Assembly (NCBI RefSeq): GCF_000143415.4
Contig: NW_003314632.1
Span: 1-8,408, forward strand
Reading direction: 5' to 3'
DNA from: Selaginella moellendorffii
Taxonomy: Eukaryota > Plantae > Lycopodiophyta
Length of the DNA stretch: 8,408 bases
In this document: positions 7,937-8,408 of the stretch, piece after piece
Position numbering within the stretch: the first letter of the stretch is position 1
How the letters are laid out: every line of letters starts with the position of its first letter
The notes under the pieces: generated by a model
What the model was told of the DNA's origin: nothing
Database searches by the model: none
What the model saw: only the letters and a program-made list of their open reading frames with translations
Translations under genes and position numbers: made by a program

Positions 7937-8408
7937 CTAGTCGTCGATGCCAACGTGAATCCCCTCGTTGTCCGAGACGTTGTCCCTGTAGTGAGCTCCA
8001 TCCACCATAGCCTCTTCGCCTTTCACTCCCATTCCTCGTCGCATTTCCCAGCAGAGCACGTCGATCTGTCGAATGCACCTGCGCAGGTGGATGCCGGCGA
8101 TTTTTTTCCCAGCGTAAGTCTGGAAGGCATCGAGCCTGTTCTCGCTGATCATCCAGCACAACTATGGCAACACAGAGAAAGCCGTGAGCCTCTCAAACCT
8201 TTGCAAATGGAGAAACAAACACAACCTCGTTGTAATAGGCTGGGACTTTCAGCCGCTTAGGATCGTTATCCAGTGCCGTTCCCAGGAGTTCTTCCGGAGC
8301 TGTCCAAAAAAGAACGCGTTAGAGTTTTTTCTAGTGTCTAAATCGAAGGAACTCACTCAAAGGTGTGGATAAGGAACAAATGTAGGTTGCGGCTTTTGGT
8401 AGGAGGTT
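7937..8408 (-). pseudogene. Three-exon coding fragment, possibly a degenerate class I terpene synthase C-terminal region (continues beyond the window)
   Basis: Exons 8408-8357, 8299-8226 and 8161-7937 (introns 57 and 64 nt) splice in frame: NLLPKAATYICSLSTPLTPEELLGTALDNDPKRLKVPAYYNELCWMISENRLDAFQTYAGKKIAG...MGVKGEEAMV. This resembles the kaurene-synthase-like pattern LPATY..GP.L.E...Y..L..L.S..GRLLND.Q.F.RE...GK, with an eroded NSE/DTE motif. The exon structure is better supported than the family call. Confidence 0.4.

Noticed and set aside
6821-8372. ORFs 6821..7096, 7815..8159, 7931..8260 and 8184..8372
   Set aside because: They are alternative-frame or antisense readings of the kelch and TPS-like exons.
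1-8408. Prokaryotic systems (CRISPR array, operon, IS element), tRNA or rRNA genes
   Set aside because: Spliceosomal introns and plant gene families occur throughout. I saw no regularly spaced direct repeats or structural RNA signatures.

Overview
Eukaryotic land-plant genomic DNA, most likely a lycophyte such as Selaginella. That assignment is inferred from the very short 39-66 nt GT-AG introns and the style of the PLS-type PPR fragment. I see no intact gene. The window is a mosaic of broken, intron-containing gene fragments, and every identifiable one is on the minus strand. Left block: an IMPACT/YigZ (UPF0029) remnant (1161-408) fused to a PPR fragment (402-73). Right block: a possible terpene-synthase C-terminal piece (8408-7937), a 5'-truncated kelch-repeat pseudogene (7899-~6484), the last four exons of a CYP88/KAO-like cytochrome P450 with its heme cysteine deleted (6460-5971), and an unidentified spliced ORF (5856-5250). 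Between the blocks is an AT-rich region with two abutting long fold-backs (1270-1658 and 1658-2742). Their outer ends look like Helitron 5' (TC) and 3' (hairpin + CTRR) termini, and they meet in an exact minus-strand CTAG|TC head-to-tail junction at 1659/1658. The best overall interpretation is a non-autonomous Helitron gene-capture locus with an unusual terminal architecture. All protein identifications are from manual translation and motif recognition, not database searches.
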